Program-made: the position numbers and the translations under genes
Virus record (IMG/VR): IMGVR_UViG_3300044826_000112
Origin: a virus
Length of the DNA stretch: 64,000 nt
Direction: 5' to 3' (one strand)
Part shown: positions 8,785-17,452 of the stretch, one piece after another
Position numbering within the stretch: the stretch's first letter is position 1
Layout: the number at the start of each line of letters is the position of its first letter
The notes under the pieces: model-generated
Database searches by the model: none
The model's input: the letters and a program-made list of their open reading frames with translations, nothing else
What the model was told of the DNA's origin: nothing

Positions 8785-9380
8785 GTGCCAGAGGAAGCGT
8801 ATAACTCTGACACTCTCGACCGCAAGAATCAGACTCCGTCTACTCTGCAGATGCCCGCCAAGCGTCAATGCAGAATCCCATCGCTAGCGGTCGAGAGTTT
8901 CAAAAGGAATGAAAAACGTGAAGAACTCGCAAATAAGGAGTCGGAATCGTGCAGGTCGCAAATCTAGGAACTATCACCGGTGAAACTGCAGTATTAACCG
9001 GGTGTCTGAACCTAGAAGGCGACTTCGCCATACAGGCTGAGGATGGTGCATTCCTCAACTTCTTTCCAGTGCACTACCCGGACGGGTATGTACGTAAGAA
9101 CTGGTCCGTAGAATTTCGCACCGACGGCTGGTATTTACATACATCATGTTCGGTTTTGAATGGCAAGGTTGAGTGTCCATTTAAAGCACAGCTCTGTATG
9201 GAGTTGGTTCGAGGCTCATTGGAATGGACAAAGGGTCTAAGGTTAATCTCAAGGATTTGCCGAGGGGATATCAGTAAGATCACAACTACTATGAGGATGC
9301 TTCAAAATGCAGGCTTAATCACGGGTACTAATCGGGAAGAATAACAACACCACTCATGGGGGCTCGCACAGGCCCCCATA
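8785..9380 (+). ncRNA. Putative large structured ncRNA
   Basis: Promoter motif at 8771; dense nested helices including 12-bp 8812-8823/8887-8898; final GC hairpin 9356-9379. Confidence 0.5.
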
Positions 9381-9399
9381 TCAATCCAAAGGAGACAGT

Positions 9400-10014
9400 A
9401 TGTCTAAAGCACTAGACCCGATTTCTTTAGCTATCGCGAAAGCCTCGTGGTGGCATGGCGAACAGAAACGCAAGTACACCAACGATGACTACATCGTTCA
9501 CCCTATTGAAGTCATGAACTTCCTAGCCTTGTTTACTCAGGACGAGGCAGTCATGGTGGCAGCCATCCTGCACGACGTAGTAGAAGATACCCCCGCCACC
9601 GTTCAGGAAGTCGAAGCTATCTTCGGTGAGGACGTAGCCAAACTGGTATTCGGCATGTCGGAACCTGAAGTACCGGCAGGTACCAACCGCGGGGAGCGGA
9701 AGGAAATCTACCGCCTACATCTGGAGAAGCAATGCTGGCGGACCAAGATGATCAAGTTTGGGGATATCTACTCGAACACCAAAGATATCGCTATGCACGA
9801 TCCTGACTTTGCTGTAGTCTACTTGGCCGAAATCCAGCGTACTATCAACTCGATCGATGATAACCGTATCCCGCTCCTGCTCCGCCAAATGGTCAAAGAG
9901 CAGGTCAAGCTGGCTAAGCTGTACGTTGATCAGTTCCAGGCCAACAAGAAGTTGGTCAAGAAGCTGAGCAATATCAGAACTATTACCGAAACCATCAAAG
10001 GAGAACTGCTATGA
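9400..10014 (+). CDS. RelA/SpoT-type HD hydrolase (small alarmone hydrolase/Mesh1-like)
   Basis: HGEQKRK...YIVHP, AAILHDVVEDT, FGEDVAKLV, IKFGD..SN. Confidence 0.85.
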   Translation: MSKALDPISLAIAKASWWHGEQKRKYTNDDYIVHPIEVMNFLALFTQDEAVMVAAILHDVVEDTPATVQEVEAIFGEDVAKLVFGMSEPEVPAGTNRGERKEIYRLHLEKQCWRTKMIKFGDIYSNTKDIAMHDPDFAVVYLAEIQRTINSIDDNRIPLLLRQMVKEQVKLAKLYVDQFQANKKLVKKLSNIRTITETIKGELL

Positions 10015-11600
10015 AGAACTATCTGAACAACGCTCTTGGTCGTGCCCACCTGGCTAACGTAGAAGGCGTGGACGTCAAACTTCCCGGCCAAGTACGTACT
10101 CACGGCGGTGGTTTCGCCTTCGAGATCACTCCTGAAGTGCTGCTCGAACGCTTCCTGATCCTGGGTACCACTACCTCTCAGTACGTCGGTCCAGACAAGC
10201 TGGCAGTAGACGCTCTCGGCCGTCTGATGCCGCACATCGCTCTGAACCCGGTGACCGTGGCTCGTACCGCGGTAGAAGCCGTGGAGCAGAACCGTGTGCT
10301 GTCAAAGGTACCTGCTCTTTTCGTTTACGCTACAGCTCACACTGTGGCCACCTCTGGTGAACACCGTCGTGCCATCGCTCTGATGCTGCCTCGTATCGTC
10401 AACACCTTCTCCGACCTTCAGACCCTACTGGGTTTCGTAGCGAACACTCATAACAAGGGTATCGCTACCAGCTTGGTCAAGGCATGCCGTCGCTACCTGT
10501 ACAACATGCCGATCGACAAGATGATCAACCAGGCTCTGAAGTACCGTAAGCGTGCCGGCTGGGCAGTTCTGGACATGCTGCGTGTCATCCACCCTGTGCC
10601 GAAGGATAACGACCAGAACTTCCTGTACGGTTACATCGTGGAGAACGATGAAGCCCGTGCAGAAGCTTGCCGTCGCTTCCCGATGGTAGCAGCCTTCGAA
10701 GCTGCCAAGGTGCTGGATGATCACAACCTGATCGTCAAGCTGATCAAGGACAACGGTCTGACTTGGGAGCACGTACCTACCGAGCACCTGAACAACAAGT
10801 GGGTTTGGAAGGCTCTGCTGCCCAACCTGCCGATGACCGCTCTGATCCGTAACCTGCCGAAGATCTCTTCTGTAGGTGCGATCGATGACACCTTGTCTCT
10901 GGACATCGTGCTGGACAAGCTGAAGCCGGAGATCGTGGCAAAGGCTAAGGTTCACCCCTTCCGTCTTTACCTGGCATGGTACGGCTATGGCCAAGGCGGC
11001 AACCGCAACATGTCCTGGACTCCTAATCAGCGTATCCTCGCTGCTCTGGAGACCTGCCTGTATGCGGCATTCGCCAACGTAGAGGTGAAGGGTAAGGTGT
11101 GCATCGGCTCTGACATCTCAGGCTCTATGTGGTGGGATGACTCTCGCATCAACCGTACTGGTCCGTATGCAGGCGATGCAGCCGGCATGCTGGCAGCCAC
11201 CTTCAAGGCAGCTAATCCGGAAACTGACGTGTTCTACTTCTCCGGCCAGCTGGTCAAGGCGGCGTTCGACCCGATGTCTTTGAAGTCGGTCAACATCGAC
11301 ATGCACAAGCATCACATGGGTAGCACCAACCCAGGTTTGCTGATCTCCAAGGCCATCAAGGATAAGGTCAGATACGATGCCTTCATCGTCCTGACTGATA
11401 ATGACGTGAACAGTGGTCGTCACTCCCAGCAACTGCTGGAGACCTACCGTGCCACCGTCAATCCGAAGGCCAAGCTGATCGTCGTCGGTATGACTGCGAA
11501 CAACTTCTCCATCTCCAGCCCGGATGACGTCCTGTCTATGGACATCGCCGGTATGGACGCAGGGATCATGACTGCGATCGAGAAGTTCATCGCAATGTAA
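10011..11600 (+). CDS. rsr: Ro60/Rsr TROVE-vWA RNA-binding protein
   Basis: GGFAF..LERFLILG, KYRKRAGW..DMLR..HP, LTWEHVP, LPMTALIRNL, DISGSM (MIDAS), FIVLTDND, AGMD. Confidence 0.92.
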   Translation: MKNYLNNALGRAHLANVEGVDVKLPGQVRTHGGGFAFEITPEVLLERFLILGTTTSQYVGPDKLAVDALGRLMPHIALNPVTVARTAVEAVEQNRVLSKVPALFVYATAHTVATSGEHRRAIALMLPRIVNTFSDLQTLLGFVANTHNKGIATSLVKACRRYLYNMPIDKMINQALKYRKRAGWAVLDMLRVIHPVPKDNDQNFLYGYIVENDEARAEACRRFPMVAAFEAAKVLDDHNLIVKLIKDNGLTWEHVPTEHLNNKWVWKALLPNLPMTALIRNLPKISSVGAIDDTLSLDIVLDKLKPEIVAKAKVHPFRLYLAWYGYGQGGNRNMSWTPNQRILAALETCLYAAFANVEVKGKVCIGSDISGSMWWDDSRINRTGPYAGDAAGMLAATFKAANPETDVFYFSGQLVKAAFDPMSLKSVNIDMHKHHMGSTNPGLLISKAIKDKVRYDAFIVLTDNDVNSGRHSQQLLETYRATVNPKAKLIVVGMTANNFSISSPDDVLSMDIAGMDAGIMTAIEKFIAM

Positions 11601-11634
11601 TTCAACATTTGGGGTATTACGGGTATAAATATTA

Positions 11635-12149
11635 TGTGGTGAGGTATCTTACTCTTAAGTAGAGAGGAGGTAACCTCCTCACTCCGTAGTACCCCTCCGG
11701 GGCGGATCCTGGCGGATCCAACTCGGCGTTATGCTCACCAAGCGACGTACAGTATGTTCGACAAGTGTTGAACTGCAAGAGGTAACCTCTTGACTCGTTC
11801 TTCCAGGCGCCGCTCCGGGCTTCGCCCTACGCTCTGCCTGGAGTATCTATAGATTGGATCTAGCATCCGCGAGTGTACGTTAGTACCAACCACCAGAGGT
11901 AACTTTGGGAATACCAAGCGAGGAGGCTACCTCCTCATTCTGTTAAACCCGCAGTCGGCGTACAGTCCCAATCACTGTACCGCCTTCGCATGCTCTGGTT
12001 GATGCTGTGGCATCACGAGTAGTCTGTAGTATATGGACTTAGTTCCGTGGGGAGGTAACCTCCCTACTCCATTACTTCGCGTATTTGCACAGAAGTGCAA
12101 AGTACGCATGTACAGACCATAACCAAAAGAGAGTCCAACTCTCTTTTTT
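11635..12149 (+). ncRNA. Putative Ro60-associated structured ncRNA with repeated hairpins
   Basis: Promoter motif at 11622, no plausible + strand ORF, repeated GAGG-TAA-CCTC hairpins, terminator 12125-12149. Confidence 0.65.
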
Positions 12150-12164
12150 ACTTGGAGATTAGCC

Positions 12165-12716
12165 ATGGACCTATTCCTCGGGGTTGACCCGGGTTGGAAG
12201 AACCTCGGATGGTGCGTCTCGACAATCGATGGGGAACCTCAATTGTTCGGGACAATGAACCCTTCCGAGTATGAGTTGGGCACGGTGCCTAAGCTCATCT
12301 TAGATAGTCTCGGCAGCAAGGCGAAAAACCTGAAAGGTATTGCCATGGAGCGGTACGTCTTTTATGATGGCCGCTACAACGCTGACAGTGAGCACATCCT
12401 CATGGTTACGGGACAGTTCCAGTACATGGCTGCCTCGTTGGGGATGGAGATCAAGATGTTCCGAGCTATTGACTGGAAGACTACGCTAGCCAAGGTCTTG
12501 TTCAAGTCCAATGGCTGGCAGAATCCTTCTGATTCGTTCGACAAAGTGTTCTCAATTGCAGCTGCTAAAGAGGCAACTGGAATGGAATTCAAAGTCGACC
12601 ACGTGGCGGACGCAGGGTGCCTCGCATACCTCGCAGGACGCTACCAGAAGGCGTTGACGGCTGCTGCCCTAGGCAGTGGTCTAGGTAAGACTAAATGCTC
12701 TCAGAAACGCTCCTAG
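12165..12716 (+). CDS. RuvC-like Holliday junction resolvase
   Basis: LGVDPGWKNLGW, IAME, WK, DHVADA acidic catalytic residues. Confidence 0.8.
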   Translation: MDLFLGVDPGWKNLGWCVSTIDGEPQLFGTMNPSEYELGTVPKLILDSLGSKAKNLKGIAMERYVFYDGRYNADSEHILMVTGQFQYMAASLGMEIKMFRAIDWKTTLAKVLFKSNGWQNPSDSFDKVFSIAAAKEATGMEFKVDHVADAGCLAYLAGRYQKALTAAALGSGLGKTKCSQKRS

Positions 12717-12745
12717 AGCGTTATACGACACACAAGGAGAATACC

Positions 12746-13171
12746 ATGCATCTTAACGAAGTTTTGAAAGAGTTCGCCCCGGCAATGGCAGCTATCGAGA
12801 AGACTACTGTAGTGGAGACCTTCTTCGCTCAGCTGGTATCTCTCGAGGGAGCCATCTCTGAAGTGTACAGTGTCCAAGGCCGCCTGGAAGAGTACTCCCG
12901 TGACCAAGTGGAGTTCTCCATCCGTTGTAGCTGTGGCTCCGATGAGCTGCTGGAAACTGAAGAGCTCAAGCAGTACTACCGCTTGAAGAAGGCCAGTTTC
13001 AGTGCCATGGGCTTCATGTACAACCAGCGTGTCAACGACGATCTGGTCGATCTGGCCTGGGAAGCATTCCAAATTGCTACCCCTCAGGCTGATCGTGCCA
13101 TGTTCGACCGTGTACGTGCAGGCGACGTCGAGGCCTTGAAGGCTCTGCAAGAGCTACATAAGGCCCAGTAA
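12746..13171 (+). CDS. Hypothetical protein
   Basis: Start reassigned after the AAGGAG RBS (MHLNEVL). Confidence 0.7.
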   Translation: MHLNEVLKEFAPAMAAIEKTTVVETFFAQLVSLEGAISEVYSVQGRLEEYSRDQVEFSIRCSCGSDELLETEELKQYYRLKKASFSAMGFMYNQRVNDDLVDLAWEAFQIATPQADRAMFDRVRAGDVEALKALQELHKAQ

Positions 13172-13450
13172 TCGACACATTTCGGCCCCATGTGTCTGGT
13201 CATTTTGAGTCCAATCGACACATAAAATGACGATTTCATGGGGTTTTTAGCGTGTATGTGTCGGTTGTGTCGCCTGTTCCACCCCAAAATACATACCTAC
13301 TTCTACGAAAAGGCACCAATGTGTCTTATCCTATATATCTCTCTATCTCTCGTAAGGAAAATATAAATAAATAAATAGAGAGGGGTGGTTGGGATATTTC
13401 AGATATGGGATGTTTTTAGAGGGTGGAACACCGACACATCGCACACATGA
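13171..13450. repeat. ~280-bp dispersed element, copy 1 (GACACAT motifs, inverted arms, AT-rich core)
   Basis: Shares identical 33-, 22- and 19-bp blocks with 54221-54488. Confidence 0.9.
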
Positions 13451-13542
13451 ATCTGAAGACTGCTTTGCTTACGAGGATGTTCCAGGCACACCATGTGCAC
13501 ACAGACTCATACTTGACCGCCACATGCCCAAGGAGGCATTCA

Positions 13543-14163
13543 ATGTCGTATATCGAAACCTACAGTGGAGACAAGTTCTTCGCCATCGCCGAAGACCTGG
13601 AAGGTATCAACATCGATGATATCGCCAAGGCCTTGTCTCACACTAACCGCTACAACGGTCATACTGAGCTGCCCTACTCGGTAGCTGAGCATAGCATCCA
13701 CGTAGCCAGTCTGCTGCCGCCAGAGCTGCAGATGATGGGTCTGCTGCATGACGCTTCTGAAGCGTACATTGCAGACATCCCGTCTCCGTTCAAGCCGCTT
13801 ATCCGTGGCTACGAGGAACTGGAAGATCACATCATGAAACGGGTATGGCGGAAGTTCGGCATTCCGCTTGAACTCGTAGAAGAGCGTTACGCGGAAGTGA
13901 AACATGCTGACCTACTGATGCTGTGTGCCGAGGCACGGAACATCAAGAAGTCGAAGGGTGAGCTGTTTAGCGACGTGTTCGAACCGTACTTCGAAAAGGC
14001 AGAACAGGATGAACGACTGAAGGATATGCCGTATCATATCTCTCCCGCAATAGCCTGTGGTCTGTTCAAGAAGATCTTCCGCATGATCAGCGAGGGGAAA
14101 TTCCTGGAAGGCCCGTTCCTCCGTCACGAGGACATGGTTAAATTTCTGATGGTAAGAGGATAA
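13543..14163 (+). CDS. HD-domain deoxynucleotide phosphohydrolase (YfbR-like)
   Basis: IDDIAKALS..NRYNGH...YSVAEHS, LLHDASEAYIADIPSPFK; AGGAGG RBS. Confidence 0.85.
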   Translation: MSYIETYSGDKFFAIAEDLEGINIDDIAKALSHTNRYNGHTELPYSVAEHSIHVASLLPPELQMMGLLHDASEAYIADIPSPFKPLIRGYEELEDHIMKRVWRKFGIPLELVEERYAEVKHADLLMLCAEARNIKKSKGELFSDVFEPYFEKAEQDERLKDMPYHISPAIACGLFKKIFRMISEGKFLEGPFLRHEDMVKFLMVRG

Positions 14164-14165
14164 AG

Positions 14166-16454
14166 ATGACTCAACGTGTAACCAAACGTGATGGCTCTCT
14201 GGAGCCGGTTGATCTGGCAAAGATCAGCAAAGTACTGACCTGGGCTGCTGAAGGCCTGGACGATGTATCCGTATCCCAGGTAGAGATGTCCTCTCACCTG
14301 CAGCTGGTAGATGGCATGTCCACCAAGGATATCCATGCAGTGCTGGTTAAGTCAGCTGCCAACCTGATCTCCGTGGACACCCCGGACTATCAGTACATGG
14401 CTGCTCGTCTGAACCTGTACAGCCTCCGCAAGGAAGCCTACGGCGGCTACAAGCCTCCTCACCTGGCCGACCACATCCTCAAGATGGTAGAGGCTGGCAA
14501 GTATGACCGGACCATCCTGGTCGACTACAACCCGCAAGAGCTCGAAGAGCTGGCCCAGTACATCGATCATGATCGTGACTGGCTGTACGCCTACGCTGCT
14601 ACCAAGCAGCTGGAAGGCAAGTACCTCGTGAAGGATCGTCACACCGGTCAAATCCACGAGAGCCCGCAGATGATGAACATGCTGATCAGTATGTGCCTGT
14701 TCCAGCGTTACGTGTCTATCGACCGTGCTCGCCGAATGGACTACGTGAAGCGTTTCTATGATGCTCTGTCTACCTTCAAGATCTCTCTGCCGACCCCGAT
14801 CATGAGCGGCGTCCGTACTCCGACCCGTCAGTTCAGCTCCTGCGTAGTAATCACTACCGGTGACAGTCTGGATTCCATCAACGAGACCTCTGCTTCCATC
14901 GTGAAGTATGTATCTCAGCGTGCTGGTATCGGCCTGTCGGTTGCATCTATCCGTGCCCTCGGTAGCGCAATTCGTGGGGGTGAAGCCAAACACACCGGTC
15001 TGATTCCGTTCATCAAGAAGTTCCAGTCCGACGTCAAGTGCTGCTCCCAAGGCGGAGTACGTGGCGGTGCAGCTACTGTGTTCTTCCCCTGGTGGCACTA
15101 CGAGTCTCCGGAGCTGATGGTTCTGAAGAACAACCGTGGTACCGAAGATAACCGTGCTCGTCACCTCGACTACGGTATCGAAGTCAACGGCTTCATGTAT
15201 CGCCGCTTGCAGGCCCGTAAGGACATCTCCCTGTTCTCTCCGTCTGACGTACCGAACCTGCTGGAAGCGTTCTACGCTGACCAAGGTGAGTTCGAGCGTC
15301 TGTACGAGATCTACGAGTCTGACCTGAGCATCCCGCGTCGCACCATGTCTGCAGTCGACTTCTGTACCTCTATCGCCTCTGAGCGTGCGAGTACTGGCCG
15401 TCTGTATGTGGCACACATGGACCATATGAACACCAACAGCCCGTTCGATCCGAATGTGGCACCTGTTCGTCAATCCAACCTGTGCCTGGAAATCGCTCTG
15501 CCGACCAAGCCTGTCGGTATGGAAGAAGAGACTGGTGAGAAAGGTGAGATCGCCCTGTGTACTCTGGGTGCGTTCAACCTGGGTGCCATTACCGAGGAAG
15601 AACTGCCGGAGCTGTCTGACCTGCTGGTCCGCGGTCTGGATACCATCCTGGATTATCAGGATTATCCCCGCAAAGAAGCCAAGTACGCAACCATGCTGCG
15701 TCGCCCTCTGGGTATTGGCGTCATCAACTACGCCTATGACCTGGCCCGCCGCGGCCTGCGTTACACAGACCCCAAAGCTCTGGAGTACACGCACCGCCTG
15801 TTCGAAGCCATCCAGTACAACCTGCTGTCCGCATCGGTTGACCTGGCAGTGGAGTTCGGTGCATGCCCGGCGTTCCACGAGACCACCTATGCTCAAGGCG
15901 TCCTGCCGATCGACCGCTACAAGAAGTCTGTCGATAAGCTGACTGCTCCGGTCTACTACTACGACTGGGAGAGCCTGCGTGAGCGTATCGTGAAGCACGG
16001 TCTGCGTAACTCTACTCTGACCGCTCTGATGCCTTCCGAGACCTCCAGCCAGATCTCCAACGCCACCAACGGTATCGAGCCGCCACGTGGTCTGGTGTCT
16101 GTGAAGCAGTCCAAGGACGGCGTCATGCGTCAGGTGGTACCGGACATCAAGCGTCTGCGTCGTGCCTACGAGACTCTGTGGGAGCAGCCAAGCTGTGTGC
16201 CGTACCTGCAGCTGGTAGGTGTAATGCAGAAGTTCGTCGACCAGGCTATCTCTGCCAACACCAACTACGACCCGGTTCGTTTCCCGGAAGGTAAGGTGTC
16301 TGCAGCGACTGTTCTGCGTGACATGATGACTGCTTACAGCTATGGTGTGAAGACTCTGTACTATCACAACACTCGTGATGGTGCCGACGATAACATGGCT
16401 GAAGTTCTGCTGGCGGAGTCCGATGACTGTGCCGGTGGTGGTTGCAAGATCTAA
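14166..16454 (+). CDS. nrdA: Class Ia ribonucleotide reductase alpha subunit
   Basis: ATP cone VTKRDG, PTPIM, SSC, SNLCLEI, LYY, C-terminal CxxxxC. Confidence 0.97.
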   Translation: MTQRVTKRDGSLEPVDLAKISKVLTWAAEGLDDVSVSQVEMSSHLQLVDGMSTKDIHAVLVKSAANLISVDTPDYQYMAARLNLYSLRKEAYGGYKPPHLADHILKMVEAGKYDRTILVDYNPQELEELAQYIDHDRDWLYAYAATKQLEGKYLVKDRHTGQIHESPQMMNMLISMCLFQRYVSIDRARRMDYVKRFYDALSTFKISLPTPIMSGVRTPTRQFSSCVVITTGDSLDSINETSASIVKYVSQRAGIGLSVASIRALGSAIRGGEAKHTGLIPFIKKFQSDVKCCSQGGVRGGAATVFFPWWHYESPELMVLKNNRGTEDNRARHLDYGIEVNGFMYRRLQARKDISLFSPSDVPNLLEAFYADQGEFERLYEIYESDLSIPRRTMSAVDFCTSIASERASTGRLYVAHMDHMNTNSPFDPNVAPVRQSNLCLEIALPTKPVGMEEETGEKGEIALCTLGAFNLGAITEEELPELSDLLVRGLDTILDYQDYPRKEAKYATMLRRPLGIGVINYAYDLARRGLRYTDPKALEYTHRLFEAIQYNLLSASVDLAVEFGACPAFHETTYAQGVLPIDRYKKSVDKLTAPVYYYDWESLRERIVKHGLRNSTLTALMPSETSSQISNATNGIEPPRGLVSVKQSKDGVMRQVVPDIKRLRRAYETLWEQPSCVPYLQLVGVMQKFVDQAISANTNYDPVRFPEGKVSAATVLRDMMTAYSYGVKTLYYHNTRDGADDNMAEVLLAESDDCAGGGCKI

Positions 16455-16495
16455 CTAACAGGGCCCTACGGGGCCCTTTCATTTGGAGAAAGGAT

Positions 16496-17149
16496 ATGAA
16501 GAAGACTATTCTGGTTGCCATGATGGCTATCTCTCTGACCGGTTGCGTAGACTCTCTGCGTGATCTGGATAATAACACCCGTATGACCAACGCTGAGCAG
16601 GGCTATATCATTGCTACTGGTAAGGCCGCGGATGCCCGGGATGCCATCACTAACGGCTATGAGTCAGGTACTGGTGCTGGCGAAGACTTCCGCCGTATCT
16701 GGTGGGATCTGGCCTCCGCCGCTAACTCTAAGCGTAAGAACTTGCGGAACGAGGATGAGGTAAACATCAAGCCTTTCTGCGACATCCTAGAGGAAGTTCG
16801 CATGGCTGACTACCGTGTCACCACGCAGTTCCCTAAGGCTCGCACTCTGCAGAGTGTCTACCAGGAGATCACTGGTAAGACTCTGGATGAGTCATGCGGC
16901 GTAGTACCTGCGGCCATCCCTGTGGCACGTACTGTTCAGACTGACCGTACCGGCAACGGTGAACCTGAGTTGGCCCCTGAGACCTATGGTCTGATGATCG
17001 ACGCTGCTAAGTCCTGCGAGCGTGCACGTATCTCCCTGATGTCCTATCCGTCAGGCTACGTGTTCACCAAGAAGGACTACAACAAGATCATGAACCTGGT
17101 GAACGACTGCAAGCGATTCGAACTGGAGAGTTCAATCAACAGTAAGTGA
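16496..17149 (+). CDS. Putative lipoprotein
   Basis: MKKTILVAMMAISLTG-C lipobox. Confidence 0.75.
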   Translation: MKKTILVAMMAISLTGCVDSLRDLDNNTRMTNAEQGYIIATGKAADARDAITNGYESGTGAGEDFRRIWWDLASAANSKRKNLRNEDEVNIKPFCDILEEVRMADYRVTTQFPKARTLQSVYQEITGKTLDESCGVVPAAIPVARTVQTDRTGNGEPELAPETYGLMIDAAKSCERARISLMSYPSGYVFTKKDYNKIMNLVNDCKRFELESSINSK

Positions 17150-17214
17150 TCATGGTATAAGTACTGTGTAGGAGTCTGACCTACGAAATCAAATAACTAT
17201 ACAGGAATACTGTC

Positions 17215-17364
17215 ATGCAAACTCAAGTTGTACAAATCGCTGCTAGTAAGCTGGTCCACATGTCAATCGAAGAGATCGAAGAGATCAATGCCATGGAAGG
17301 TGTCGAAAGCATGAGCCAGCTGGTTCGCAAAGTAGAGGCTGAGCAGTATAAGCTCGATGCGTAA
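17215..17364 (+). CDS. Small hypothetical protein (MQTQVVQIAASK...)
   Basis: 49-aa ORF between promoter motif 17154 and a hairpin; absent from the ORF track. Confidence 0.55.
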   Translation: MQTQVVQIAASKLVHMSIEEIEEINAMEGVESMSQLVRKVEAEQYKLDA

Positions 17365-17452
17365 TCCAGTAGACCGGGGTCAACATTGATCCCGGTCAAA
17401 TCTTCCTTTTCTTTTTTCCCTATACTTACTCCCGATTTTCCGGAGAATCCAT

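Noticed and set aside
8949-9344. 131-aa protein-coding gene
   Set aside because: Atypical codon usage and dense RNA helices favour a non-coding role. Not fully excluded, since an AAGGAG precedes the GTG.
8785-9380. tmRNA, RNase P RNA or group I/II intron
   Set aside because: No tRNA-Ala-like ends or ALAA-type tag, no GAGGAAAGUCC, no interrupted host gene and no recognisable domain V.
11635-12149. CRISPR array interpretation of the repeated hairpins
   Set aside because: The repeats are short and covarying rather than identical, the spacers are 95-130 nt and structured, and no cas genes are present.
13084-13619. ORFs across the repeat element (13084-13287, 13389-13619, 54239-54484, and the N-terminal extension from 13423)
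   Set aside because: They overlap the non-coding repeat; the HD gene has a clear AGGAGG RBS before 13543.
13543-14163. DatZ of a Z-genome (2-aminoadenine) pathway
   Set aside because: HD and MazG-like genes are present, but no purZ is visible in this window; a generic nucleotidase is more parsimonious.
14352-16367. Long antisense ORFs (also 6742-8262, 17570-19282, 22334-23224)
   Set aside because: They are shadows of strongly codon-biased sense genes (nrdA, SPFH, nrdD, nrdB), with no motifs or RBS.
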